From Octopus sinensis (taxonomy: Eukaryota), in NCBI RefSeq assembly GCF_006345805.1, contig NC_043003.1, forward strand, positions 58,900,001 to 58,964,000: a DNA stretch of 64,000 nucleotides, read 5' to 3'. Both the position numbers and the translations under genes were made by a program. Below are positions 12,846 through 24,846 of this stretch, piece by piece (position 1 is the first letter of the stretch; each line of letters starts with the position of its first letter). Under the pieces are notes generated by a model. That model searched no databases, was not told the DNA's origin, and saw only the letters and a list, made by a program, of their open reading frames with translations.

Positions 12846-13237
12846 CTAGCAGTATCGGCCGGCGTTGCCTGGGTTTGTTTCGACCCTTTAGAATTGGAAT
12901 TTGTGAAAAGTAAAAATTTTACATTATGTAGCTTGTTATTCTTTTTAAGTGAACATTTTTCTGGTTCAAATACACCGAAAAATGGCGACACAGCAGTCAA
13001 AATTCGTAAAAAAATAGGGATTTTCATAGAAAAACAGCACCTTTTTGATGTAAATAATTTTTGGTGTTAACATGATCCGATTTGAATTTTTTCTTCTGCG
13101 GAAAGAAGAGCAAGCCTTTTTCTATCATACTCTCAATTTTGGTCAACTTGCGTCGCAGGGTCTCGGAGGAGATAGTGTTAGTTGAAGGCTACCAAACCTG
13201 CCATACACAGACAACTTCAGCTTTATATATATAGAGA
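12846..13237 (-). mobile_element. Non-autonomous Helitron-like element
   Basis: Minus strand has 5'-TCTCTATATATATAAAG, a subterminal hairpin CCAGGC-AAC-GCCGG and a 3'-CTAG end; it lies between A and T with no TSD. Confidence 0.75.
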
Positions 13238-14229
13238 TTTGAAGAACGGTCATCTGTAGTTGGCGATATAAGAATGAGGCGGCTTATACTGTTACCTGGT
13301 GGAAACGCTCCCATGTAACCAGTTTCGAAGAAGCTTAGCATAAATTTCTCCGTATTTATAACGATCCAATGAATGAATCATTCGCAGTAAAAGCAGCAAG
13401 CAGCCGAGATTTTTTTTCTGTGAAAAATAAAAGAAAAATAAGTATAAAAATGGTAGGAAAAAATATGAAGAAAGCACACAAATATTCACAAAAATAAACA
13501 CAAGAAAATGAAAAAGAAAGAATATATCTAAGAAAAAATAAAGAAGAATAAAAAAAAGTTATTTTTCTTTTCTTTCCATTTATTATTTTGTTGTTACTGA
13601 GAATAGTTTGCTGAGATTCGATGGCCGGCAGCTGGAATATTCTTCGTTTGCCTTCAGGCAAGCATTGCTTCTCTTGATTGGAGCAGTGACAACGTTACGT
13701 CACATATTCTGAAACCATAGAAAAATCAGCAGAATTGTCTCGATTGCCATGGGTACCTGTAGAACTGAAGAATACCAGCATATATCTTAGACTGAAAGAA
13801 AAATCTTCTTTCTTTGCCAGTCAGTAGTGGAGTTTTTAAATTATTATTCTGATTGAATGGTGCAACATGAAATAAATTTAGCAAGCAGTTTATTAACTAC
13901 CGCATTTTATGGCGTCTAAGAAACATTGCAGTATTTTTTCTGTTTTGATTTTTATTTCCCGATGCATGAGACATATTGAAAAATATATTAATGAAAAATA
14001 TTAAAAAATATTATGGTCTTCCGTGGCCGCATTTTTACTGCAGTCTGAGTATTACAAAAGAATATTTTATCTACGCCAAAGCTTGTTCTTGAAAAATGTA
14101 ATTCATTACGGACAGTTGGAGTTAAACGATCCGCCAGTGAAAGGACATGTTGTTATCTTATAGTGGAATAACACATCTTGGAGAAGGTTATTTGTGCCTG
14201 TGTAATAACCCAATACAGACATACATGCA

Positions 14230-14419
14230 AATATACTTATTCGTGTATAAGTTGGTCTATTTTATATTTGATTTCAACTGAAAAAACTGGGGTGCAACTC
14301 ATACATGGGGGGTAATTCTAAAACTATGAACGGAAAAAAAAAATTATACTGAGATTTAATACTAAATTGGGTGGGGGCTACTTATACATGATTGCGACTT
14401 AAACATGACTAATACGGTA
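14230..14419. mobile_element. Degenerate Tc2/pogo-like MITE
   Basis: Ends GCGACTTAAACATGACTAATACGGTA and starts near TATTCGTGTATAAGT; internal repeated ACTTATACA motifs typical of Tc2-type elements. Confidence 0.45.
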
Positions 14420-15113
14420 GACACACACACAGACACACACACACACACACATATTTATACTGGCGTTCTGTTTGCAGAAGTATTGTCATTGAGAGAATAA
14501 CACAAAATACTTCAAATGAATATTGTTGGCTGATATTATTACTGCTATGGATGGGAATAGTGCTTGAGAAGTAATCGAACCATGAAACACAGGTTCTCGA
14601 TTCGACAGGCGCTCCTAACATATATCTAGTCATTCAATCTTCCTCATATGTCTTGCATAGATACTTTTGTAAGTTTGAATGTCCATAAATAGTATAAGAG
14701 GATAGACCGATGAAAAACTTTTATAAAATTTATATTAGCGTGCATACGTATGGTATGTTTCGTTTCTGTGTGAATACACACACACACACTTGCACACATG
14801 CACATACACACTGTATATATGTATGTACACAATCTCTCTTGTCTATATAGATTTCAAAAGACATTCATTCAATGATAGGATAATTAGTCTATCTCAGCTA
14901 CTTTTATGTCAGTAAACTTCGTTAATTCTGAATATATGAAAATAGTCATCTGTCACCAGCAACAACCAAGGTAAATTATATTTTGCAAAAGACTGTATGT
15001 ATCTGTGTTCGGCCATCTTCACCATCACCGGTTGAAAATAGATCGATTGCATATACATGCATGGATACGTAAATTCATACATACATGCATACATATATAC
15101 ATACATATATCGA

Positions 15114-15201
<88 letters not shown>

Positions 15202-15229
15202 GTCTGTCTTGTCTGTCTGTCTGTCTGTA

Positions 15230-15318
<89 letters not shown>

Positions 15319-15335
15319 CTCTACCTATCTATCTA
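15114..15335. repeat. (TATC)n/(TGTC)n tetranucleotide microsatellite
   Basis: Directly visible; similar tracts at 8070-8275, 46468-46610 and 50891-51062. Confidence 0.95.
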
Positions 15336-15517
15336 TACACGCATACAAAAATGTACGTACACATATACATATATATATTCATACACATAGATATTTATTC
15401 ACACACATGTATATGTATATGTATGTAAATATATATGCGTTTGTGAGTGAGTGTGTTAGAGTATGTGTGAGTGTGTGTTCTCTAGTTCTAGATGTACACA
15501 TCTAATTAAAGAAAAGG

Positions 15518-15705
15518 ATGAAGAAGAAGAAACGGCAGAAGAAGAAGACGAATAATAATAATAATAATAATAATAAGAAGATGATGATGAAGAAGAAGAA
15601 GAAGAAGAAGAAGAGAAGAAGAAGAAGAAGAAGAAGAAGAAGAAGAAGAAGAAGAAGAAGAAGAAGAACAGAAAGAAGAAGAAGAAGAGGAAGAAGAAGG
15701 ACAGG
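15518..15705. repeat. (AAG)n/(AAT)n microsatellite
   Basis: Directly visible. Confidence 0.95.
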
Positions 15706-16559
15706 AAGGAGAGCAGATACTTTCAGAGGACACTAACCAATACTGTCCAATCCCTTAACAGGCTTTTCCTGCCGTAGGCACTGTGTCCTGGCACAAATAA
15801 GACGGCTAAGATAGTATGGCTTTGATGTAGACGATATTTAGACCAATTTTAGCTTAATTAGGAAGAGGTCGGTTGGACGGATCACCGTATTAATCATTAG
15901 CACCAATCAGTGTTTTCAAACAAATGTATTTTTCATATTGGAATAAAGCTGGTATGTCGCTGTCGTCTGTTTGTCCTCACGGCTATAAGCGAGCGAACAT
16001 ATTTCTAGCAGACTGATCAAATGGAGCGTGTTATTGTACGGAGAAGCGGTAGAACAATTTTTTGGTCATGACAGAATTATCGGATGAGCTGAAACGTGAA
16101 ATCGTTCATAATATAGCACCACCAACGCATGAGCATGCATTACCAAAAAAAAAAAAAAGTATGCAGATAGTTTCAAAGTAAATGCAAAACAGAAATACTT
16201 CAAATGAATTTATGGACATCGCGACTAAATTTTTGTGAAGTAAATCTATGACAATTGTATTTAGTAATTGGATTGAGAGTTTCAATGGAAATATCCGAAG
16301 ATTTAAAAAAAAAAGGGGGGAAAGCGAATAACTAATTGGTATCGGCAGTCAAGATGCACAACGTAATGCTTACATTTTTCAAGTTACCTCCATTTTCGAT
16401 TAGATTTTCGTTCCAGATGCATATCGTGTGATGCGTTCACTTTCCGTTATACATACATATACATATATGCATTGAAAGACTCATAATGAGATACATACAA
16501 AAGTTCATACACATATAATTGTTTGCATATATACATACATACGCACATACATACATATG

Positions 16560-16593
<34 letters not shown>

Positions 16594-16684
16594 ATATATA
16601 GTTATATACTTACATACATATATACAAGTACAAATAATGCATGTATATGTGTGTGTGCGCGTATGTGTGTGTGTGATTGTGTGT

Positions 16685-16718
<34 letters not shown>

Positions 16719-17669
16719 CTTACTGTATCTAGAATAACACAAGCCTTGAAATTCTGGGCGAGTGGGTTAATCAGTTACGCTGATATCAGTATTTGAATGG
16801 TAATTAATTTTATCGACACGGAACATAAACCAAAGTAACTAGAAAATGAATTCACGGTAAAGAGGAATAGTTAAAAGACATCACATACCAAATGCAATCA
16901 CGACCACAGTTAATATGAAAATATCTTTAGTCATATTACGATTCATGAAATAGAAAGAATGATAGAGGATAACTACTGGACAGACTAATCAATACGCGAT
17001 GAACAAATAAAACAGCTCTAGCAAAAATGTCACAATTTGGTAAAGCAGGATACGATTACGTTGTCAACAGGTAGCAGTGAATTGACAACTGAACGCACTG
17101 ATGGAAAACGGTATACTAAAACAGTTTCAGAAAGCAGAATCTAAAACAGATACAGAAGTTACATATCTGCGAAGTCGGTAATTGAAAATGGAACAAGAAA
17201 AGATTTTATAAGTGAAACGAAAAGAACCACAGACCCACTTCAATAAAATAATAACAAGACACTAGAAGTCAACCAATCGTAAAAATAGAAACAAAAGAAT
17301 GAACCAACCGCAAAGTTCAAAAAGCCAGAGAGAATAACCGAAAGAAAACATTCTTCGGAATCGATATATGTAGCACGAAAATCGAGATCACGTGAAAAAG
17401 GACACACTCAATACATACATACATACATACATACACACGCAAAGAGGGAGAGAGAAAGGGAGATGTGATTTCTCGAGATGCTTATCGCAGTCGAGTGCGT
17501 TGTAATCAACACGTTCAAATTAGCTAGGATGCACTAATTAATATTCGTTAGAAAAGCTGTTCTGTCTCTAATAGCTATTTTATATATAGCCCACCAGCTT
17601 TTCGCGACATCACTGACAGTTTGGCTAGCTTTGAATGGTTTTCGATCTGGCATTCAATGTTTGGCTGTC

Positions 17670-17713
17670 TGTTGCTGATGATCGGAAATACGATGAAATC
17701 ATGTGATACAACA
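17670..17713 (+). ncRNA. Type-I hammerhead-like motif, canonical CUGAUGA
   Basis: TGTTG-CTGATGA-TCG(GAAATA)CGA-T-GAA-ATCA(TG)TGAT-A-CAACA: all three stems can form; one extra nucleotide before GAA. Confidence 0.6.
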
Positions 17714-17881
17714 AGGCTATCCGCCGGTGCTGATGATGTATCGTCAACGGGAAATATCTGTACTCTGTAGCATTTGTCGTCTACACGAAATGATTTTTCG
17801 AGGCATTTATTGCAAACGTAGGAAATAACGCAAACAAGTTAGATAAGATGCGCTATTTAATATTCGTCGGAAAGCTTTAGT

Positions 17882-17921
17882 TTGTCCGACGAACGGGAAC
17901 GTGAAACTTTGAGAGTAACAG
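17882..17921 (+). ncRNA. Type-I hammerhead-like motif, U4C core (family P3)
   Basis: TTGT-CCGACGA-ACG(GGAA)CGT-GAA-ACTT(TGA)GAGT-A-ACAG; same family as 51667-51713. Confidence 0.55.
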
Positions 17922-17950
17922 TTTGTGATATCTTTGTACCTTTAATAAAA

Positions 17951-17990
<40 letters not shown>

Positions 17991-17991
17991 T

Positions 17992-18175
17992 AGGAGAATT
18001 TACGAAAAAAAACAAGACAGGTGGTGTACAAAACAAACAGATGTATTATATAACGCTCAGGGATAGAAAAAGTCTTTTACATTTCGAGTCTATGCTCTTC
18101 TACAGAAAGGGACACAGAAAAATCAAGGAGAGAAAAAGGAGAGAAAAAAATGTGTAGTGGCTAACGATCTATCAT
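17992..18175 (-). mobile_element. P1 element with HHR-like motif at 18074-18109 (CTGTAGA core)
   Basis: Reverse-complement homolog of 8312-8552; (TA)n on both sides. Confidence 0.7.
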
Positions 18176-18184
18176 ATATATATA

Positions 18185-18247
<63 letters not shown>

Positions 18248-18330
18248 ATAAATATTAGGGATAAATCCAAATTTACAGGGAAAAAAATCAGATTTAGGAT
18301 TAAATCCAATTTTATAGTAAAATATTATAA

Positions 18331-18465
18331 AATATTATTAGAGACAAAACCACTATTTTGCAAACAAAAGGAAAGACTTAATCAATACATAAGATTTTAA
18401 ATTAAAATTTTATGTATTGATTAAGTCTTTCCTTGTTTGTTTTGCAAATAGTGGTTTTGTCTTAA

Positions 18466-18472
<7 letters not shown>
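18331..18472. repeat. Foldback hairpin (~70-bp arms) in a (TA)n-embedded insertion starting ~18245
   Basis: GACAAAACCACTATTT..GCAAACAA..GGAAAGACTTAATCAATACATAA is mirrored on the other side. Confidence 0.9.
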
Positions 18473-18506
<34 letters not shown>

Positions 18507-18544
18507 GTGTGTGTGTGTGTATGTGTATGTGTGTGTGTGTGTGA

Positions 18545-18584
<40 letters not shown>

Positions 18585-19661
18585 GTATCCAGGAAGTTCG
18601 GAGAAACAGTACTGAAATGTAGTGGTCTGGTATTCTACTACATGTATTGAGAACTCAACCGTTTCCTCTAAATATGTACGGAAAAGAATCTGATACAATC
18701 GTGGTTAATTCTGAAGCTATGACAAGTGTATTTTGTGACTGAGATAACAAATATTCCAAATGAATATCACAAAGTTTATTGATGAGAAGAAAACTGATAA
18801 TTTTGGAATGTCTGAAGAAAAAATTTTGAGACTGATGTAACAAAAATAGGTTAAGAAAAATTACGGCTAGGGAAAAGTTTTCTTTTCTTATTTATCTATG
18901 GACTCTTCAAAATGTTGCTCTGTAAATACGTAATTCAACTCTATCCTGGCCTTATATTTATTTCATATCTTTTATATGAAAGTAAAGGGTGTATAAACAA
19001 TATGAAAATGCACAGTAAACACCAGATTTAAAAGACGAAGTTTATAAAGTATCTGAATAAGATATAATCGCGTGATGAATAACTACAAACAAAAAGGAAA
19101 AAAAGAAAAACGTAATGAAATTGAACTGGAAATGAAACAAATTTGCTTAAAATTGAGATTGAGCTTGGAAAATATACAAGAATTTTTTTCTAAGTACTTT
19201 TTCTAAATTCTAAATAATTTCCCAGAAACTCTTAGATTTATTTCTTTAATTAAAACATTTTTATCAGAATAAAATATTTCAGATACGTTTAAAGGAAACT
19301 CCAGAATATATCTTCGTACATAGCTTAAAGATATTCGCCATTAAACCAAATATTTCTTTAGCTTCTTTGCTATTAAAAAAACAAACAAAAAACAAACAAA
19401 AAACAAAAAGCCCTCAAAATGTTAGGTTTTGTTTTGTTTTCAAAAGATTTATCTGTTATTTATTTATTTTTTGTGCGTGTGTGCAAAAGTAAATGAAATA
19501 AAAAAAACAAAAACGTATTTAATGTTGAGTTAGTTTCGCACCAGCTGAAGCAGACGATTAAAGCCAGCCTATAGCATTAATCAATGCCTTCATTGTACTT
19601 TTTGCGATTAAAACTTGACTTTCAGACAATATTGAATGAAATAATCCGTTGATAAAACCTT

Positions 19662-19675
19662 TATTATTATTATTA

Positions 19676-19734
<59 letters not shown>

Positions 19735-19738
19735 GTTA

Positions 19739-19811
<73 letters not shown>

Positions 19812-19825
19812 TATTATCATTATCA

Positions 19826-19904
<79 letters not shown>
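19662..19904. repeat. (ATT)n/(ATC)n microsatellite
   Basis: Directly visible. Confidence 0.95.
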
Positions 19905-19905
<1 letters not shown>

Positions 19906-19915
19906 TTCTTTTCAG

Positions 19916-20098
19916 GCAAAGAAATGTATGCATTTATCTTTCCACTATGAATCCCAAAAGGGAGAATGCTTTCTGGCATGGGTAGAAAGGACAAAAGCAG
20001 GTGTTTCGAAAACTAGAGAAGTAAAAATAATTAAAGATGTAGATTTCTCACAGGAATTGAAATTAATAATTATAAAAATCGGATACAGTAGCGGGTAG
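19916..20098 (+). CDS. Candidate terminal coding exon, PAN/apple-domain-like C-terminal half
   Basis: Acceptor TTTTCTTTTCAG|G, then open frame AKKCMHLSFHYESQKGECFLAWVERTK...KDVDFSQ...*; AATAAA at 20280-20285. Confidence 0.3.
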   Translation, partial: AKKCMHLSFHYESQKGECFLAWVERTKAGVSKTREVKIIKDVDFSQELKLIIIKIGYSSG

Positions 20099-20430
20099 AG
20101 AAAGATGAAATGATTACAGGCTGAGATTGTATCGATGTTTCTATTGATGAATATTTTCCATTTGCTTTTTGGCATGAAAACTGAACCTATCATTTTGATC
20201 TAATTCAAATAATCAGGTTCATATTATTTCAATTATTCAATCTAACACTTGCGGCTTATGATTAGGGTTACGAGTAGTCAATAAAGCAAAAAAAAACAAA
20301 AAAACAAAACGAAACAAACAAAAAGAAAAGAAAACAAAACATATATATATTCGACAGGAAAATATACAAACACACTCACACATACGTACCCACAAGTGCT
20401 CGAGCACGCAAACCTATACCCTTTACCCTT

Positions 20431-20684
20431 TTGACTCTTTTACTTGTTTCAGTCATTTCACTGTGGCCATGCTGGAGCACCGCCTTTAGTCGAGCAAATT
20501 GACCCCAGGATTTATTCTTTGTAAGCCTAGTACTTATTCTATCGCACTCTTTTGCCGAACCGCTAAGTTACGGGGACGTAAACACATCACCATTGATTGT
20601 CAAGCGATGTTGGGGGACAAACACAAAGACACAAACATATACACACATACAAACATACATACATATATATAATATATATTATAT

Positions 20685-20728
<44 letters not shown>

Positions 20729-20932
20729 CATATATAACATATACATATATACATATACATATATATACGACGGGCTTCTTTCAGTTTCCGTCTACCAAAT
20801 CCACTCACAAGGCTTTGGTCAGCCCAAGGCTATAGTAGAAGACACTTGCCCAAGGAGCCACATATTGGGACTGAACCCGGAACCATGTGGTTCGTAAGCA
20901 ATCTACTTATCCCACAACCACTCCTACGCCTA
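20431..20932 (-). mobile_element. Full-length SINE S1 with internal microsatellite
   Basis: Reverse complement of the S1 consensus from head to TGAAACAAGTAAAAGAG tail. Confidence 0.9.
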
Positions 20933-21239
20933 TTTGTAATTCATATAATACTATCAGAGTAGCTGATGGTGTTCGTGAGGGAAGATAGAACATACAGATA
21001 TATGTAAATAAGATATTTATAAACATTCAGGAGACATATGTAGAAGTAACATTACCACTATGTCGGATATATGAATGTATGAGGTGTGTGTGTGTGTGTG
21101 TGTGTGTGTAAATATCTATATTAATGCGTGAATGTGCATTTATAAATATATGTATGTATATACATACACACACACATATATTTATGAGATTATATACCAT
21201 ACAACTACGCATGACTGGCTAAGTATATGATCGTCTTTT

Positions 21240-21860
21240 CAGTGGCCAATCGTTAAAAGTTCATTGACAAAACACACCTTCAGTGATAACAAGATGGATA
21301 TGTGTTTATGTTTGTCGATATGCAGTTTTTCAAGAATGCAGAGTGTGAAACTACAAACCTCAGATAAGTAATAAATGCTCCGTCCCGTGTTCGCTATGTG
21401 ATGTTAGGAAAGTTTCCTTCGTTATAGAGTATCCAGATGAAGTGAGACATAGACGGGGGATTTTCTGTGAAAGATTGCATGTGTTGTGTAAATCTTCCCT
21501 TGAAAGCATTGGCTGCTTTACCTGTGTAGTGTCTCATGATACCATCGGAATGCGTAAGAGTGGCTCTTTTGATCACAGATTTTGAGATGTAAGGTCCTCC
21601 CAGAGGGCAGGTATTAGTTGTCGGGTGGTATGGGTTGAGAGCTGCATGTGCGCGCATTGGTTTCTGTTGTAGCATACACTGTTGGAAGTGATATTATCTA
21701 AATACGAGTAGTCAATTTGAACGTTTGCCCAGTGATGAGCTTATGATGTCCATGGATTCTTGGGAAATGTTGTTTAATTAGCCATTGGAAGCTTCTAGAT
21801 ATATTGGCAGGAATCTTTTACATCGAATAGAGGATTAAATCATATTACTGTTCTTATTTT
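21240..21860 (-). pseudogene. Decayed Penelope-like retroelement linker and GIY-YIG endonuclease region
   Basis: Minus strand RTVI*FNPLF.../ANISRSFQWLIKQHFP, then ORF 21394-21675 CPLGG..KSVIKRATLT..YTGKAANAFKGRFTQHMQSF..MSHFIW, then a C..LC..E-like segment. This matches the PLE pattern WFNPP..TNIG..FL.LI.KHFP / CPL.G.C...V.Y.A / Y.G....FK.R...H..SF. Confidence 0.8.
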
Positions 21861-22371
21861 AATCATCTCCAAGTTTGAAGTGGGATTGGGATACAAATAC
21901 ACTAATCTGTCAATGATGTCACTCCTCGCTACTGTCTCTTTATAAGAGAGTGTGACGCTTTTGAAGATCTCTCTGTCCGCCGATGGATCTCAGATTCTTG
22001 TACTTGTGCCTGAGACTAGGTTTCAACTACAGTTGGGGGCGGTAGCAGTTTATAGTGACAAAAGGTTCCTTCGCTAAGCTTTCTTTAGCATTAGTACTTG
22101 CCTGACTTGAGATTTAAGTTGATTCTAAGGAAATCGACTTTCGTTAAGTTGATGATATAATTTGTAGTTAAGCTGAATCCAACTAACGCGCGCGCGCGCA
22201 CACACACACACACACACACGCACACACGCACAGAGACGCACGGAGATGCACAAGTATGTATATGTATGCATATTCAAATTCTCCGCTTATGCATATCGTC
22301 AAGAAAAATGGACATCGGGTGATTTTAGAAGGAAAAATACTCTGTTGTATTAGTACCGTTCAATATGCACA

Positions 22372-22532
22372 TAGGCGTAGGAGTGGCTGTGAGGTACGTA
22401 GCTTGCTTACGAACCACATGGTTTCGGGTTCAGTCCTACTGCGTGGCATCTTGGGAATGTCTTTCCTATAGCCTCGGGCCGACCCAAGCCTTGTGAGTGG
22501 ATTTGGTACATGGAAACTAAAAGAAGCCCGTC

Positions 22533-22585
<53 letters not shown>

Positions 22586-22832
22586 GGTGTTGTGTGTGTG
22601 TGTGTGTGTGTGTAGTTGTGTGTCTGTCTTTGTCCCCCCAATATCGCTTGACAACGAGGCTGGTGTGCTTACCTCCCCGTAACTTAGCGGTTCGGCAAAA
22701 GAGACCGATAGAATAAGTACTAGGCTTACAAGGAATAAGTCCTGGTGGTCGATTAGCTCGACTAAAAGCGGTACTCCAGCATGGCCACAGTCAAATGACT
22801 GAAACAAGTAAAAGAGTAAAAGAGAGTAAAGA
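22372..22832 (+). mobile_element. Full-length SINE S1
   Basis: AGGCGTAGGAGTGGCTG head, CORE-like segment, internal (TA)n(GT)n, AAAAGAGT-repeat tail. Confidence 0.9.
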
Positions 22833-23149
22833 GTAAGTAATTCTTTGACGCTCCTCTTGAGAGAATTACAGCGAATCTGCAATTGAATATGCGACGCTTT
22901 TACTCATCAACTACCTACCATTTACAATTGATAAATGCAATAAATGGTGAGTTTTTATGTTTAAGAAAACATACTCAGATGAGAAGGAAATAAGAATTAG
23001 CGTTAATTTTTGTATCTTGATTGTATAAGTTATTATTTTCCACTAAAAGCATAAAACATCGTTTTTTTTGGAGCTGGCTGTGTGGGTGATGTAGTCGATT
23101 GTATAGACCACAATGCTCAGTTGCTACTTGTTTTATCGACCCAGAAAGA

Positions 23150-23303
23150 ATGAGATGGAACTACTCATTTTTTTCCAGTTGAGTCAACTGGAGCAACATT
23201 AAATAAAATGTCTTGGTCAAGGACACAGTGTATTGTCAGGTATCGAACTCAACACCTTTCGTTCTTGAGCCGAATACCCTAACCGATTAGCCACGTGCCT
23301 TCA
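23150..23303 (-). mobile_element. CORE-like SINE S3, 5' part
   Basis: Minus strand TGAAGGCACGTGGCTAATCGGTTAGGG...GAGTTCGATACC...GTCCTTGACCAAGACATT...TGCTCCAGTTGACTCAACTG. Confidence 0.7.
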
Positions 23304-23343
23304 TACACACACATGCATGCATACATACATACGCACACACATA

Positions 23344-23382
<39 letters not shown>

Positions 23383-23393
23383 ACATTGACTGA

Positions 23394-23540
23394 CATATTT
23401 ATATACTAACGTTTACGCAAGAAAGGGCTGATAGTGACTTCGATGTTTCGGATTAGAGGCCTTCTTCAGACTGATGAAAGCTTGCAAGCCGAACCGTCGA
23501 AGTCACTGCCAATATTTTCTTGTGAAAGTTTATAAATATG
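23394..23540. repeat. Imperfect inverted repeat containing two divergent HHR-like motifs
   Basis: Minus: CTGAAGA-A-GG..CC-GAAACATC-GAAGTCAC. Plus: CTGATGA-A-AGC..GCC-GAACCGTC-GAAGTCAC. Flanks also mirror each other. Confidence 0.65.
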
Positions 23541-23630
23541 TACTCTATTGAAAAGAACGAAATAAACCTTCAGTTTAAAGTTAAAGAAAATTTAACATAA
23601 AAAGCAGACGTTAATATATACATCTATGTA

Positions 23631-23823
23631 CGGGGAGAATTCACAAAGAAAACAAAAGACAAAGACAGGTGTTGTAGACAACAAACAGATATATTAATAT
23701 AACGCTCGGGAAGTGAAAAAGTCTTTAACGTTTCGAGCCTACGCTCTTCCACAGAAAGGAACACAGAAAGAAACAAGGAGAGAAAATAAAGAATGTGTAG
23801 TGGCTAGCGATTTATCATGGCGA
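23631..23823 (-). mobile_element. P1 element with HHR-like motif at 23723-23758 (CTGTGGA core)
   Basis: Homolog of 8312-8552. Confidence 0.7.
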
Positions 23824-23950
23824 ATGTGTCTATATAAACACATACATCTATGTATGTGTGTATATAGACACAAACACATACACACAAACGCACACAAATA
23901 CAAACATACACATATACATTAGCGTGTGAGTGTGTGTGATCGTGCGGTTG

Positions 23951-24014
<64 letters not shown>

Positions 24015-24115
24015 ATACACAATACATTATGTGTGTGAGGTTGGGGTGTGTGTGATCGCGGAATGAACAAACGAAGAAAGAAGGGCACTCAACGAATTTA
24101 TTGGAGTTACCTGTA

Positions 24116-24287
24116 TGGATCAAAACAGTTTGATTCAAATTCGTTGGTACTCTTGAGTTTCAAGTATGATGCTTGTCGTCAGCTATTTTGAATTTGAATT
24201 CAAATTCAAATTCAAAATAGCTGACGACTAGCATCACACTTGAAACTCAAGAGTACCAACGAATTTGAATCAAACTGTTTTGATCCA
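24116..24287. repeat. Near-perfect palindrome (85-bp arms, 2 mismatches, 2-nt loop) with an HHR-like core in each arm
   Basis: Each arm reads CTGACGA-C(A/T)AGCATCA(T/C)ACTT-GAA-ACTC(AA)GAGT-A. Confidence 0.9.
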
Positions 24288-24806
24288 CACACACACGCGC
24301 GCGCGCACACACATATATGATAAGCAAAGTAACTAGTTCTAAAATCTGAATAATAGATGCAAATAGCAACTCCACTGAAATGTAGTGCTAGTTGCCACTT
24401 CAACATAGCTGTTCCGTATGGAACTACCTACTACTCTTTTTCAAACCCAGGAGGACACCTCATTGAGCTGGCTAACGACACAAAGCCTGTGCCCGATATA
24501 TTCCGGGCAAGGCAGCGAACCCCTTGGAGGTCGCCTTCTGGTGTTAAAAAAGAGTAGTAACTGTGTCGAAGTAGCAACAAACATTACTTTTCGTTTTTGG
24601 ATTTGGTTTGCAAGATTCTTTATATGAGTTCGTGTGTTGAAGCATATTCTGTTGTGTCTGGGGAGAGTAATTTTCTTTTTGTGCCTTATTATTTAATTTC
24701 CAATTATTTCTTATTTTTTTTATTGTCTTAAAATTTTCGTTGGGCAGTTATTCTTTAATCACTGTCTAGCCTTACTCCTTGTTGACTCTAATTTCAATTT
24801 CTTTCC

Positions 24807-24846
<40 letters not shown>

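Noticed and set aside
13600-14000. Possible pogo/Tc2 transposase remnant and TIR-like start at ~13898
   Set aside because: Similarity is too weak to support by eye.
16020-16140. Tc1-like N-terminus MTELSDELKREIV
   Set aside because: Very short, with no TIRs or DDE region identified.
24357-24557. Complex ORF VPYGTTYYSFSNPGGHLIELANDTKPV...
   Set aside because: No recognisable domain and weak splice signals; it could equally be a decayed RT fragment.
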